A DNA stretch of 32,000 nt, taken from the NCBI RefSeq assembly GCF_001644705.1, contig NZ_CP015137.1, positions 120,001 through 152,000 on the forward strand, written 5' to 3'. The notes under the pieces are model-generated. The model was given only the letters and a program-made list of their open reading frames with translations, was not told the DNA's origin and ran no database searches. Numbering within the stretch: the stretch's first letter is position 1; each line of letters opens with the position of its first letter. The translations under genes were made by a program, and so were the position numbers. Shown here piece after piece: positions 7,940 to 24,501 of this stretch. The DNA is from Dickeya solani IPO 2222. GTDB taxonomy: Bacteria > Pseudomonadota > Gammaproteobacteria > Enterobacterales > Enterobacteriaceae.

Positions 7940-8593
7940 TTATTCGCCCTGCTCCGCCTGCGCCGCAGCTTGTTGCTGTTCCTGCGCTTGACGGGCCAGC
8001 ACGCGTTCTACCGTGTCGATGATGGCCTGGGTTTGCGGGTCGATTTCGATATTGATGCGATCGCCCAGTCGTTTCTGGCCCAGCGTCGTACGCTGGAGCG
8101 TTTCCGGAATCAGATGCACGCAGAAACGGCTACGGGTCACTTCACCCACCGTCAGGCTGATGCCGTCAATACCGATGAAGCCTTTGTGCAGCACATATTT
8201 CATCTGCGATTCATCAGACAGCCGGAACCAGATCTGGTGATTATTTTCCGACGTCAGGATTTTGACGATCTCCGCCGTACACATAATATGGCCGGACATC
8301 ACATGCCCGCCGATTTCATCGCCATATTTGGCGGCGCGTTCCACATTAACCCGATCGCCGACGTTGACTTCGCCCAGGTTGGTCAGCCGCAACGTCTCCT
8401 TGATCAGATCAAAGCTAACCCGATCGCCATCGATCCCGGTGACGGTCAGACAACAGCCGTTGTGCGCTACGGAAGCCCCGTTTTCCAGCCCCGGCAACAG
8501 TTCGGGGGGCAGTTGAACGACATGAGTGCGAAAATTGGGTTTTTCATCAATCGACACGACGGTCGCCGTGCCCTGAACAATACCGGTAAACAT
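7940..8593 (-). CDS. ribC: Riboflavin synthase (alpha chain)
   Basis: The 217-aa ORF begins [29 protein letters not shown]...[14 protein letters not shown] and contains ...GISLTVGEV. This is the duplicated lumazine-binding repeat typical of RibC/RibE, and it is syntenic next to cfa and mdtK. Confidence 0.95.
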   Translation of the reverse strand: MFTGIVQGTATVVSIDEKPNFRTHVVQLPPELLPGLENGASVAHNGCCLTVTGIDGDRVSFDLIKETLRLTNLGEVNVGDRVNVERAAKYGDEIGGHVMSGHIMCTAEIVKILTSENNHQIWFRLSDESQMKYVLHKGFIGIDGISLTVGEVTRSRFCVHLIPETLQRTTLGQKRLGDRINIEIDPQTQAIIDTVERVLARQAQEQQQAAAQAEQGE

Positions 8594-8755
8594 GGTGCGG
8601 GTCTTGCCTCCTGATCAGTAATAAACGTGAACGCGACGCTGCAGCGGTATGGCGCAGCGGGCCGGCGCTCGGGAGAGACAACGTTCACTAATGTCTGGCA
8701 GTGTGCACCATATCCTCAGGAAAACCAAACGGGATCATTCCCGGTCAGTCAGTCA

Positions 8756-8784
8756 TTGGTTTACTGTTGGCAAATCGTTACAAT
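8756..8784 (+). promoter_or_regulatory. Candidate sigma70 promoter for mdtK
   Basis: TTGGTT (8756-8761), a 17-bp spacer, then TACAAT (8779-8784), about 90 nt upstream of the mdtK start. This is pattern match only. Confidence 0.25.
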
Positions 8785-8874
8785 GCTTCATCTTTTTTTG
8801 CATAAATAAAGGATGATTGTCTTTCTCTCCTCGATTAGAGATCTCTCTCCATCCTGCTTTAGGAAGGTGTTTTC

Positions 8875-10248
8875 GTGCAGAAGTACTTATCAGAAGCCCG
8901 TCATTTGCTGGCGCTGGCTATTCCGGTGATCATCGCGCAAGTGTCACAAACCTCAATGGGTGTGGTGGATACCATCATGGCGGGTTCCTACAGCGCCACC
9001 GATATGGCGGCGGTGGCCGTAGGCACGTCAATCTGGCTGCCAGTGATTTTGTTCGGCCACGGTTTGCTGATGGCGCTGACACCGGTCGTGGCTAACCTCA
9101 ATGGTTCCGGACGCCGGGATCGCATCGCTCATCAAACCCAGCAGGCGTTTCTGCTGGCGGCGGCTATCTCAATCCTGACTATGTTCGTGCTCTATCAGGG
9201 GAAATACGCCATTAATCTGATGCATGACAGCGCGCCGGAACTGGCCGATAAAGCAGTGAAATACCTGCATGCGCTGTTGTGGGGCGCCCCCGGCTATCTG
9301 TTCTACCAGGTGTTCCGTAGCCAATGCGAAGGGTTGTCCAAAACACAGCCGGGTATGGTTATCGGGTTTATCGGTCTGCTGATCAACATTCCCGTCAACT
9401 ACGTTTTCATCCACGGTAAGTTGGGCATGCCGGAATTGGGCGGTGTCGGCTGCGGGGTGGCGACAGCCTCCGTATACTGGATGATGATGTTGATGATGGC
9501 GGCTTATTCCCGCCACGCCTACTGGCTGAAAGATATTCGTCAGTTCAAAACCCGGCTGAAGCCGGACTGGGCCGTACTCAAACGCTTGTCCGGCATGGGG
9601 TTGCCCATCGCGCTGGCGTTGCTGTTCGAAGTGACGCTGTTTGCGATTGTCGCACTGCTGGTATTGCCGCTTGGGGTGGTGGATGTGGCAGGCCACCAGA
9701 TCGCGCTCAACTTCAGCTCGCTGATGTTCGTGCTGCCGCTGTCTGTCGGCGTCGCCGCTACCATTCGCGTCGGCCACCGGCTGGGCGAAGGTTCGGCGGA
9801 GGCGGCCCGGGTGGCAGCGCATACCGGCATCGCTACCGGCGTATTGCTGGCGATGTGCACAGCTATCTTTACCATCACGCTGCGCGAACCCATCGCCATG
9901 CTGTACAACAAAAACCCGGATGTGGTGGCGATGGCCTCGCACCTGATGCTGTTGGCGGCGGTTTATCAGATTTCCGACGCAGTGCAGACCATTGGCAGCG
10001 GCGTGCTGCGTGGTTACAAGGATACCCGCTCCATTTTCTTTATCACCTTCATCGCCTACTGGTTGCTGGGGTTGCCCAGCGGCTATGCGCTAGCGCTGAC
10101 CGACATGCTGGTGCCGCGTATGGGGCCGGCCGGGTTCTGGTGGGGATTCATCATCGGCCTAACCTCCTCCGCCACCATGATGGTGTTGCGGATCCGCTGG
10201 GTGCAACGTCAATCGCCGGCGCGCATTCTGGCGCGAGCGGCCCGTTGA
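8875..10248 (+). CDS. mdtK: MATE-family multidrug efflux transporter MdtK/NorM
   Basis: The 457-aa polytopic protein begins [37 protein letters not shown]..., which aligns with the E. coli MdtK N-terminus. It has a GTG start with an AGGAAGG SD. Confidence 0.92.
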   Translation: MQKYLSEARHLLALAIPVIIAQVSQTSMGVVDTIMAGSYSATDMAAVAVGTSIWLPVILFGHGLLMALTPVVANLNGSGRRDRIAHQTQQAFLLAAAISILTMFVLYQGKYAINLMHDSAPELADKAVKYLHALLWGAPGYLFYQVFRSQCEGLSKTQPGMVIGFIGLLINIPVNYVFIHGKLGMPELGGVGCGVATASVYWMMMLMMAAYSRHAYWLKDIRQFKTRLKPDWAVLKRLSGMGLPIALALLFEVTLFAIVALLVLPLGVVDVAGHQIALNFSSLMFVLPLSVGVAATIRVGHRLGEGSAEAARVAAHTGIATGVLLAMCTAIFTITLREPIAMLYNKNPDVVAMASHLMLLAAVYQISDAVQTIGSGVLRGYKDTRSIFFITFIAYWLLGLPSGYALALTDMLVPRMGPAGFWWGFIIGLTSSATMMVLRIRWVQRQSPARILARAAR

Positions 10249-10260
10249 TTCGTTGATGGC

Positions 10261-10290
10261 GGCAGAGCGCCGTTTTTTTCGGCGCTCTGC
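10261..10290 (+). terminator. Hairpin after mdtK (probable terminator)
   Basis: GGCAGAGCGCCG-TTTTTTT-CGGCGCTCTGC. An 11-12 bp GC-rich stem begins 13 nt after the stop. The T-run sits in the loop rather than trailing the stem. Confidence 0.5.
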
Positions 10291-10341
10291 TTACAAGCGC
10301 ATCACTCAGTGTGATCTGACGAGAATTTTGCGTTTTTTCCC

Positions 10342-10370
10342 TTGCCAGCGGCCCTATAGCCCGTTAATAT
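10342..10370 (+). promoter_or_regulatory. Stringent-type promoter for the first tRNA-Val
   Basis: TTGCCA (10342-10347), a 17-bp spacer, then TAATAT (10365-10370), followed by the GC-rich discriminator TCGTCCCCGC. A T-rich UP-like tract (AATTTTGCGTTTTTTCC) lies upstream. Confidence 0.45.
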
Positions 10371-10409
10371 TCGTCCCCGCTGTCGCCCTGACAGTTTTGG
10401 TAAAACAAT

Positions 10410-10486
10410 GCGTTCATAGCTCAGTTGGTTAGAGCACCACCTTGACATGGTGGGGGTCGTTGGTTCGAGTCCAATTGAACGCACCA
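10410..10486 (+). tRNA. valV: tRNA-Val (anticodon GAC)
   Basis: GCGTTCATAGCTCAGTTGGTTAGAGCACCACCTTGACATGGTGGGGGTCGTTGGTTCGAGTCCAATTGAACGCACCA. It is 77 nt with an encoded CCA, a cloverleaf-compatible fold and anticodon loop TTGACAT. It is essentially identical to E. coli valV as recalled. Confidence 0.96.
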
Positions 10487-10801
10487 TTTCTTTAGATATA
10501 AACATTCAACAACTGTTTATAACGTCGTGAAATCCTGGTTTCTTTTCTGTATTAATAATCTTCCCTCAATCCCTTTGCGTTACCATTTTCCAGTATGCCT
10601 TCCTGATGATGGCGGCGATGGTCTCAGCACACTCAGCACACAACGGTCTTAACACATTACTGATGCAGTAACGGTCATATTGGCAAAGCCGTCGCCAGAT
10701 CTCCCCAGCGATTGATGAAGTTTAGCTACCGTCTGCTTCCGGTAATGATTTCCAATCAGGCCAAACATTCAGCACTCGGTACAGGAATGACAACAAAATA
10801 C

Positions 10802-10830
10802 TTGTCATTGCATCAGTGCAAGGCCATAAT
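10802..10830 (+). promoter_or_regulatory. Candidate independent stringent-type promoter for the second tRNA-Val
   Basis: TTGTCA (10802-10807), a 17-bp spacer, then CATAAT (10825-10830), followed by the GC-rich discriminator AGCGCCCG. It lies about 80 nt upstream of the second tRNA. Confidence 0.4.
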
Positions 10831-10912
10831 AGCGCCCGTTCAAAACGGGATGGAAAGGCCATGATTTATCATGTACTTATCTTAAATAGCCGGTAAATGA
10901 ACGCTTCAATTT

Positions 10913-10989
10913 GCGACCGTAGCTCAGTTGGTTAGAGCACCACCTTGACATGGTGGGGGTCGGTGGTTCGAGTCCACTCGGTCGCACCA
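10913..10989 (+). tRNA. valW: tRNA-Val (anticodon GAC), second copy with a different acceptor/T stem
   Basis: GCGACCGTAGCTCAGTTGGTTAGAGCACCACCTTGACATGGTGGGGGTCGGTGGTTCGAGTCCACTCGGTCGCACCA. It is 77 nt with an encoded CCA. The acceptor-stem changes are compensatory (GCGACCG / CGGTCGC). Confidence 0.96.
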
Positions 10990-11102
10990 ATTCGCCTCCT
11001 GATTTTATTGCTGAATTCCTTCTCCAGTAACGACCTTCATTGTTCCCAGCACCTACGTTTTTCTGTGTTACCGGGCATCAGCCCCTATACCCGATTAGAC
11101 AC

Positions 11103-11134
11103 AAAAAAACGGGCAGGATACCCCGCCCGTTTCC
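11103..11134 (-). terminator. Rho-independent terminator closing the arb-porin-esterase transcription unit
   Basis: The minus strand reads GGAAACGGGCGGGGTATCCTGCCCGTTTTTTTGT: a GC stem (ACGGGC / GCCCGT) followed by a 7-T run, 20 nt after the esterase stop. Confidence 0.65.
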
Positions 11135-11154
11135 ATACCTGACTTACGCCACGG

Positions 11155-14129
<2,975 letters not shown>

Positions 14130-14142
14130 TCAGATATATTTA

Positions 14143-15543
<1,401 letters not shown>

Positions 15544-15573
15544 TCATCTCCTGTATTTCTGTTCAACAATCAT

Positions 15574-17599
<2,026 letters not shown>

Positions 17600-17628
17600 T
17601 GCGGTTTCAGGACACCCCATTTTCAAGA

Positions 17629-17690
17629 CAAAAAAAAACCTGAACCGTCTCATCGCGGCGCAAGGCTCGCAAAAGACGGTTCAGGTTTTG
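17629..17690 (-). terminator. Conditional rho-independent terminator 2 (between arbG and arbF)
   Basis: The minus strand reads AAAACCTGAACCGTCTTTTGCGAGCCTTGCGCCGCGATGAGACGGTTCAGGTTTTTTTTTGTC: a long stem (AACCTGAACCGTCT / AGACGGTTCAGGTT) followed by a 9-T run. Its 5' arm overlaps the 3' end of RAT2. Confidence 0.85.
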
Positions 17691-17725
17691 CCTGTATTTT
17701 CCGCTGGGGTATACAGTCGCAATCC
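17684..17725 (-). promoter_or_regulatory. RAT2 (ribonucleic antiterminator) target of the BglG-family protein
   Basis: The minus strand reads GGATTGCGACTGTATACCCCAGCGGAAAATACAGGCAAAACC. The flanks match the RAT consensus (GGATTGTTACTG...CAGGCAAAACC), but the apical part is 11 nt longer than in RAT1. Confidence 0.75.
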
Positions 17726-17835
17726 ATATTTGTTGTTCTACAGACTACCAGTACGATTTATTCTGACAAGCCTGTTACTCAGGTAATCTGTTATTTTGTG
17801 ATATCACGCAAATTTCGGTTTTCCGCACCCCAGTT

Positions 17836-18828
<993 letters not shown>

Positions 18829-19079
18829 CTAACTTACCACCGGCGCACAGTGGCTCAACCTCCCAATGACGGAAACGTGACCGGGATCGACACAAACCCG
18901 ATATTATTCGCTGCATATTATTGCCAGGCCGGTCAGTAACGCCCGAACGCCAGGTCCATTCCACATCGATAGCCAGATATTCTTCGTGCATTTGCGCAAC
19001 AAGTTTGTGTAAAAGCAATAAATCGCACATTTTTTTGCGCAAGAGCACGAAAATACGCGTTATCCGTCCGTTCAACGAC

Positions 19080-19107
19080 TTGTATCTCTTTGCCTGATAA
19101 CTATAAT
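19080..19107 (+). promoter_or_regulatory. Candidate pykF promoter
   Basis: TTGTAT (19080-19085), a 16-bp spacer, then TATAAT (19102-19107). A Cra box lies just downstream. This promoter implies a long leader of about 265 nt, so the call is tentative. Confidence 0.3.
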
Positions 19108-19124
19108 ACGGAACGTCGTTTCAT

Positions 19125-19138
19125 TGAATGGTTTCAGC
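19125..19138 (-). promoter_or_regulatory. Cra (FruR) operator upstream of pykF
   Basis: The minus strand reads GCTGAAACCATTCA, which fits every position of the Cra consensus RSTGAAWCSNTHHW. pykF is a classical Cra-repressed gene in E. coli. Confidence 0.6.
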
Positions 19139-19379
19139 GAATCCACGTGCCACTGACAAAAACACAATCAACAACACAATCCTCAGGGATATTGCCGCCT
19201 CGCCCACTCTTGATTATGGGCAATATCTGGTCACGTGTATCTTCACTCTCCGTCGCCTGTCACCATCTATACTTATCATTCTCTCGCAGTCGCAAACGTA
19301 TTGTCTCCGGAGGTTCAGCTTCGTCTAACCGCCGGTCACCCTGTTTTCTTATCCATCACAACTTGTAGAAACTACCGTT

Positions 19380-20792
19380 ATGAAAAAGACTAAAATCGTT
19401 TGTACCATCGGCCCAAAAACCGAATCAGAGGAAGTACTGGGCAAACTGCTGAACGCAGGCATGAATGTCATGCGCCTGAATTTCTCTCACGGTGACTACG
19501 CCGAACATGGTCAACGTATCAAGAATCTGCGTGCCATCACGAAAAAAACCGGCCAGAAAGCAGCGATCCTGCTGGATACCAAAGGCCCGGAAATCCGTAC
19601 CATCAAGCTGGAAAACGGCGCGGACGTCTCCCTGACCGCCGGTCAGACGTTCATCTTCACCACCGACCAAAGCGTCATCGGCAATAAGGAACGCGTGGCG
19701 GTAACCTATGCCGGTTTTGCCAGCGACCTGAGCGTCGGCAACACCGTACTGGTCGACGATGGTCTGATCGGTATGGAAGTCATCGAGGTCAAGGGTGGCG
19801 AGGTGGTCTGTAAGGTGCTGAACAACGGCGATCTGGGTGAAAACAAGGGCGTTAACCTGCCGGGCGTTTCCATCCAGTTGCCTGCGCTGGCAGAAAAAGA
19901 CAAACGCGACCTGATTTTCGGTTGCGAACAAGGTGTCGATTTCGTGGCGGCATCCTTTATCCGTAAACGTTCCGATGTGGAAGAGATCCGTGCCCACCTG
20001 AAACAGCACGGCGGCGAGCACATCCAGATCATCTCCAAGATCGAAAACCAGGAAGGTCTGAACAACTTTGACGACATTCTGGACGCCTCTGACGGCATCA
20101 TGGTGGCCCGCGGCGACCTGGGCGTTGAGATCCCGGTCGAAGAAGTGATCTTCGCTCAAAAAATGATGATCGAAAAATGTAATCAGGCTCGCAAAGTGGT
20201 GATCACCGCGACCCAGATGCTGGACTCAATGATCAAGAATCCGCGTCCGACCCGCGCCGAAGCCGGTGACGTCGCCAACGCCATCATCGACGGCACCGAC
20301 GCAGTGATGCTGTCCGGCGAGAGCGCCAAGGGCAAATACCCGCTGGAAGCAGTCAGCATCATGGCGACCATCTGCGAACGCACTGATAAAGTGATGAAGT
20401 CGCGTCTGGATAAACCGCACAGCACCAGCAAACTGCGCATCACCGAAGCGGTGTGCCGCGGTGCGGTGGAAACCGCAGAGAAACTGGAAGCGCCGCTGAT
20501 CGTCGTCGCCACCCACGGCGGCAAATCCGCCAAATCCATCCGCAAGTACTTCCCGAATGCCCGCATTCTGGCGCTAACCACCAATGAAATCACTGCACGT
20601 CAGCTGCTGCTGACTAAAGGCGTGGAAACGCTGCTGGTGAAAGAGATCGCTTCTACCGATGATTTCTACCGCATCGGTAAGGAAGCAGCGCTGCAGAGCG
20701 GCTTCGCTCAGGAAGGCGACGTGGTGGTGATGGTTTCCGGTGCGCTGGTGTCGAGCGGTACCACCAATACCTCTTCGGTACACCGCCTGTAA
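19380..20792 (+). CDS. pykF: Pyruvate kinase I (FBP-activated)
   Basis: The 470-aa ORF begins [51 protein letters not shown]... and is collinear with E. coli PykF. Confidence 0.97.
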   Translation: MKKTKIVCTIGPKTESEEVLGKLLNAGMNVMRLNFSHGDYAEHGQRIKNLRAITKKTGQKAAILLDTKGPEIRTIKLENGADVSLTAGQTFIFTTDQSVIGNKERVAVTYAGFASDLSVGNTVLVDDGLIGMEVIEVKGGEVVCKVLNNGDLGENKGVNLPGVSIQLPALAEKDKRDLIFGCEQGVDFVAASFIRKRSDVEEIRAHLKQHGGEHIQIISKIENQEGLNNFDDILDASDGIMVARGDLGVEIPVEEVIFAQKMMIEKCNQARKVVITATQMLDSMIKNPRPTRAEAGDVANAIIDGTDAVMLSGESAKGKYPLEAVSIMATICERTDKVMKSRLDKPHSTSKLRITEAVCRGAVETAEKLEAPLIVVATHGGKSAKSIRKYFPNARILALTTNEITARQLLLTKGVETLLVKEIASTDDFYRIGKEAALQSGFAQEGDVVVMVSGALVSSGTTNTSSVHRL

Positions 20793-20812
20793 TTCGATAA
20801 TGAGAATATTTC

Positions 20813-20841
20813 AAAGCGCCCTGCGGGGCGCTTTTTATTTT
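20813..20841 (+). terminator. Rho-independent terminator after pykF
   Basis: AAAGCGCCC-TGCG-GGGCGCTTTTTATTTT. Confidence 0.8.
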
Positions 20842-21025
20842 GGCGCCATGTTTATCGCTGATAAATAGCGCGATCGGTTATACAAAAAAGGTATATCTGC
20901 GCCCATGAAGGCCAGAGTAGTCTGATAAAATGGCGCTGTTTTCCTTACTTTTTTAACCTACCTGTAAAACTCGATGATTCTTTGAGCGAACGATCAAAAT
21001 TAAGCATGTTCCCATCAAAAATTTA

Positions 21026-21054
21026 TTCTCATCAGAAAACGGTTTGTGTAATAC
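21026..21054 (+). promoter_or_regulatory. lpp promoter
   Basis: TTCTCA (21026-21031), a 17-bp spacer, then TAATAC (21049-21054), followed by TTGTAACGCTACATGGAGATTAACTCAAT.TAGAGGGTATTAATAATG. This is nearly identical to the well-known E. coli lpp promoter and leader as I recall them. Confidence 0.7.
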
Positions 21055-21099
21055 TTGTAACGCTACATGGAGATTAACTCAATTTAGAGGGTATTAATA

Positions 21100-21336
21100 A
21101 TGAATCGTACTAAACTGGTACTGGGCGCGGTAATCCTGGGTTCCACTCTGCTGGCTGGTTGCTCCAGCAATGCTAAACTGGATCAGCTGTCTTCTGACGT
21201 TTCTTCTCTGAACGAAAAAGTATCTGCTCTGACCAGCAAAGTTGACGCTCTGGCTACCGACGTGCAGGCTGCTAAAGATGACGCAGCTCGTGCTAACCAG
21301 CGCCTGGACAACCAGGTTCGTACTTACAAGAAGTAA
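21100..21336 (+). CDS. lpp: Major outer-membrane (Braun) lipoprotein
   Basis: The 78-aa ORF has the lipobox LLAGC, a heptad coiled-coil and the C-terminal YKK (Lys for peptidoglycan linkage). Confidence 0.97.
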   Translation: MNRTKLVLGAVILGSTLLAGCSSNAKLDQLSSDVSSLNEKVSALTSKVDALATDVQAAKDDAARANQRLDNQVRTYKK

Positions 21337-21354
21337 GAACTGGTTGAATGAAAA

Positions 21355-21382
21355 ATGGCGCACTCTGTGCGCCATTTTTTTT
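21355..21382 (+). terminator. Rho-independent terminator after lpp
   Basis: ATGGCGCAC-TCT-GTGCGCCAT followed by TTTTTTTT. Confidence 0.85.
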
Positions 21383-21536
21383 GCCCTTCCCTTTGCCCCC
21401 GCACCATCTTCCTGAGCGTGCCGCTCGTCTTGCCGAGCGCGGCTTTACCAAAGACTGCTTTACCGAACATCGATTTACCCAAAACAAGCCTGGCGTGTCA
21501 GAACGCCCATTGATGACGCCCTGACACAGATTGCGT

Positions 21537-22535
21537 TCAGTGCGACGGGGATGTCACCACCGCCGATATCGGCGCCCCTTGCTGTTGCAGCGACGGCTGA
21601 TGAGGAGCGTTCTGCCCGGTATTGACCAGCACCGGCATGCCGGAACGGCGCACAATGGCGTTTTGAGCCGCTTCGGCGTCAGTATCGTCATGACGGATAA
21701 AGGCTTTCACCTTCTGATTCAGCGCAATCGGCATGGTCTGTGGGTCATCTTTATCGGTGTGCGACAGCGGCTGATGCACTTCCACATAGCGTTTCCCGTC
21801 AGGTTCCACCGCAATCTTGATCGGTTCATTGATGATCTGTACCCGGGTGCCTACCGGCACGTCATTAAACAGCGCTTCAATATCTTCCGGACGCAGGCGG
21901 ATACAACCGGAACTCACCCGCATACCGATGCCGAAATCGGCATTGGTACCATGAATCGAGTACACACCGCCGCTTTTCTCCAGCCGTAACGCGAACAATC
22001 CCATCGGGTTGTCCGGCCCGCCCGGCACCACCGCAGGCAGTGTAACTCCCTGTTCCTTGTAGTGACGACGAATGTTGGCGGTGGGAATCCAGGTCGGGTT
22101 CGGGCGCCGTTCGATAACACGGGTCACCATCACCGGCGTATTACGGCCAAGCTGACCGATGCCGATCGGATAGACGATCACCGTATTTTTCCCTTTCGGG
22201 AAATAGTACAGCCGCAGTTCCGCCAGATTGACCACCACGCCTTCCCGCGGCGTATCCGGCAGCAGCATCTGCAACGGAATCGTCAGGTTCGAGCCTGGCT
22301 TGGGCAGGTAGGGGTCAGTGCCGGGGTTGGCTTCCAGCATACCGAGCAGGCCAATTTTGAATTTGGCGGCGATAACTTCCAGCGGATGCCCGTCATTGGG
22401 CACGGTATAGGTAATATTTTCCCCGATCAGTCGACTGTCAGGGGGTGGCAGAGGGTATTCCGTCGCACTGGCAGGCTGCATGCCCGCCAGACAGGAGGTA
22501 AACAATAATCCCATCAGGGTAAGCGCACGTTTCAT
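21537..22535 (-). CDS. ldtE: L,D-transpeptidase (LysM + YkuD domains), LdtE/YnhG-like
   Basis: The 332-aa ORF has a signal peptide, a LysM-like segment (YTVPNDGHPLEVIAAKFKIGLLGMLEANPG) and the YkuD catalytic motif IHGTNADFGIGMRVSSGCIRL. It is syntenic between lpp and sufE, as in E. coli. Confidence 0.9.
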   Translation of the reverse strand: MKRALTLMGLLFTSCLAGMQPASATEYPLPPPDSRLIGENITYTVPNDGHPLEVIAAKFKIGLLGMLEANPGTDPYLPKPGSNLTIPLQMLLPDTPREGVVVNLAELRLYYFPKGKNTVIVYPIGIGQLGRNTPVMVTRVIERRPNPTWIPTANIRRHYKEQGVTLPAVVPGGPDNPMGLFALRLEKSGGVYSIHGTNADFGIGMRVSSGCIRLRPEDIEALFNDVPVGTRVQIINEPIKIAVEPDGKRYVEVHQPLSHTDKDDPQTMPIALNQKVKAFIRHDDTDAEAAQNAIVRRSGMPVLVNTGQNAPHQPSLQQQGAPISAVVTSPSH

Positions 22536-22742
22536 TATCGGTTTCCTGTTTTACTACTGAAGATCGCGTGAGCGCCAGAGCGCAACACAGGGTTACGCCC
22601 TACAAAGGCGCGGGTGAATTGCCGTTGGCAGACACCTTCTTTCTTATTTTTTATCAATAGGTTGAATCTCTTTTCATCATTGGAAGTTTCCAAGGATAAA
22701 AGCAGGGTAGCAGGAAATCCACCGGATGGATTCTGAAATGTG

Positions 22743-22778
22743 ACGCATCAGGGCGCGCGAACTGCGCCCTGTGGGCGT
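22743..22778 (-). terminator. Hairpin at the end of sufE (weak terminator candidate)
   Basis: CAGGGCGC-GCGAACT-GCGCCCTG, with additional outer ACGC/GCGT pairs, abuts the sufE stop. No T-run follows. Confidence 0.35.
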
Positions 22779-23194
22779 TATACCAGCGCAGCCGCTCGCG
22801 CTCGTACGGCGCGCAGCATGGCCTCCAGCCCTTGCGATCGTGATGGCGTCAGGTGCTGAGTCAGCGCCAGCGACGCGAAGAAAGGGCGCACATCCTGCTC
22901 GACAATCTCCCGGGCGGACAGCCCCTGATACAAGCTAAAAACGATGGCAATCAATCCCTTGACGATAGCGGCATCGCTATCGCCGTGCAGCACCACCTTA
23001 CCTTGTTCGTCACAAGCCAGATCGATCCACACCTGACTCTGGCAGCCGGATACCCGGTTGCCGTCCTGACGCTGGGCGTCGTTGAGCGGCACCAGACCGG
23101 CGCCCAGTTCAATGATATAGAGGTACTTCTCTTCCCAGTTGCTGCAACGGGAAAAATTCCGCAGCAGCTTCTGCGGATCCGGCAGTTGCGCCAT
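22778..23194 (-). CDS. sufE: Cysteine desulfuration sulfur-acceptor protein SufE
   Basis: I trimmed the ORF to the ATG at 23194 ([31 protein letters not shown]...). This gives 138 aa, the same as E. coli SufE. The motifs GCQSQVW and [11 protein letters not shown] are present. Alternative in-frame ATGs at 23200, 23209 and 23224 cannot be excluded. Confidence 0.9.
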   Translation of the reverse strand: MAQLPDPQKLLRNFSRCSNWEEKYLYIIELGAGLVPLNDAQRQDGNRVSGCQSQVWIDLACDEQGKVVLHGDSDAAIVKGLIAIVFSLYQGLSAREIVEQDVRPFFASLALTQHLTPSRSQGLEAMLRAVRARAAALV

Positions 23195-23262
23195 AACCAT
23201 TTTCTCCATAACCACTTGCACCATAACAATGCTCCAGAAACCATCACTTTTCTGCCGTCGGC

Positions 23263-24497
<1,235 letters not shown>

Positions 24498-24501
<4 letters not shown>

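Noticed and set aside
7922-8614. Long ORFs antisense to real genes: 7922..8614 opposite ribC, 11563..12291 opposite the esterase, 14164..15165 opposite arbB, 15851..16819 and 16738..17451 opposite arbF, 19425..20159 opposite pykF, 23812..24444 opposite sufS, 25474..26508 opposite sufC/sufD, 26582..27496 opposite sufB, and 30291..31109 opposite ydiJ
   Set aside because: Each mirrors a gene with strong homology on the other strand. Their translations are Arg/His/Gln-rich low-complexity sequences typical of antisense frames in GC-rich coding DNA. None has a convincing SD or independent support.
8594-8874. Possible FMN riboswitch or other leader RNA between ribC and mdtK (TCCTCAGG...ATCATTCCCGGTCAG loosely resembles part of the FMN element)
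   Set aside because: The conserved FMN riboswitch core helices and motifs are not present on either strand. E. coli ribC is not riboswitch-controlled either. The resemblance amounts to a few nucleotides only.
10302-10505. 67-aa minus-strand ORF
   Set aside because: It runs antisense through the first tRNA-Val gene and is an artefact.
10487-10912. Small ORFs in the tRNA-Val spacer (e.g. a 49-aa MKFSYRLLPVMISNQ... and a 21-aa MMAAMVSAHS...)
   Set aside because: Neither has an SD or any recognisable feature. One of them runs through the predicted promoter of the second tRNA.
21490-21528. Hairpin after ldtE considered as its terminator
   Set aside because: It has only a 7-bp stem (GTGTCAG/CTGACAC) with a 19-nt loop and a distant short T-run. 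This is too weak to call.
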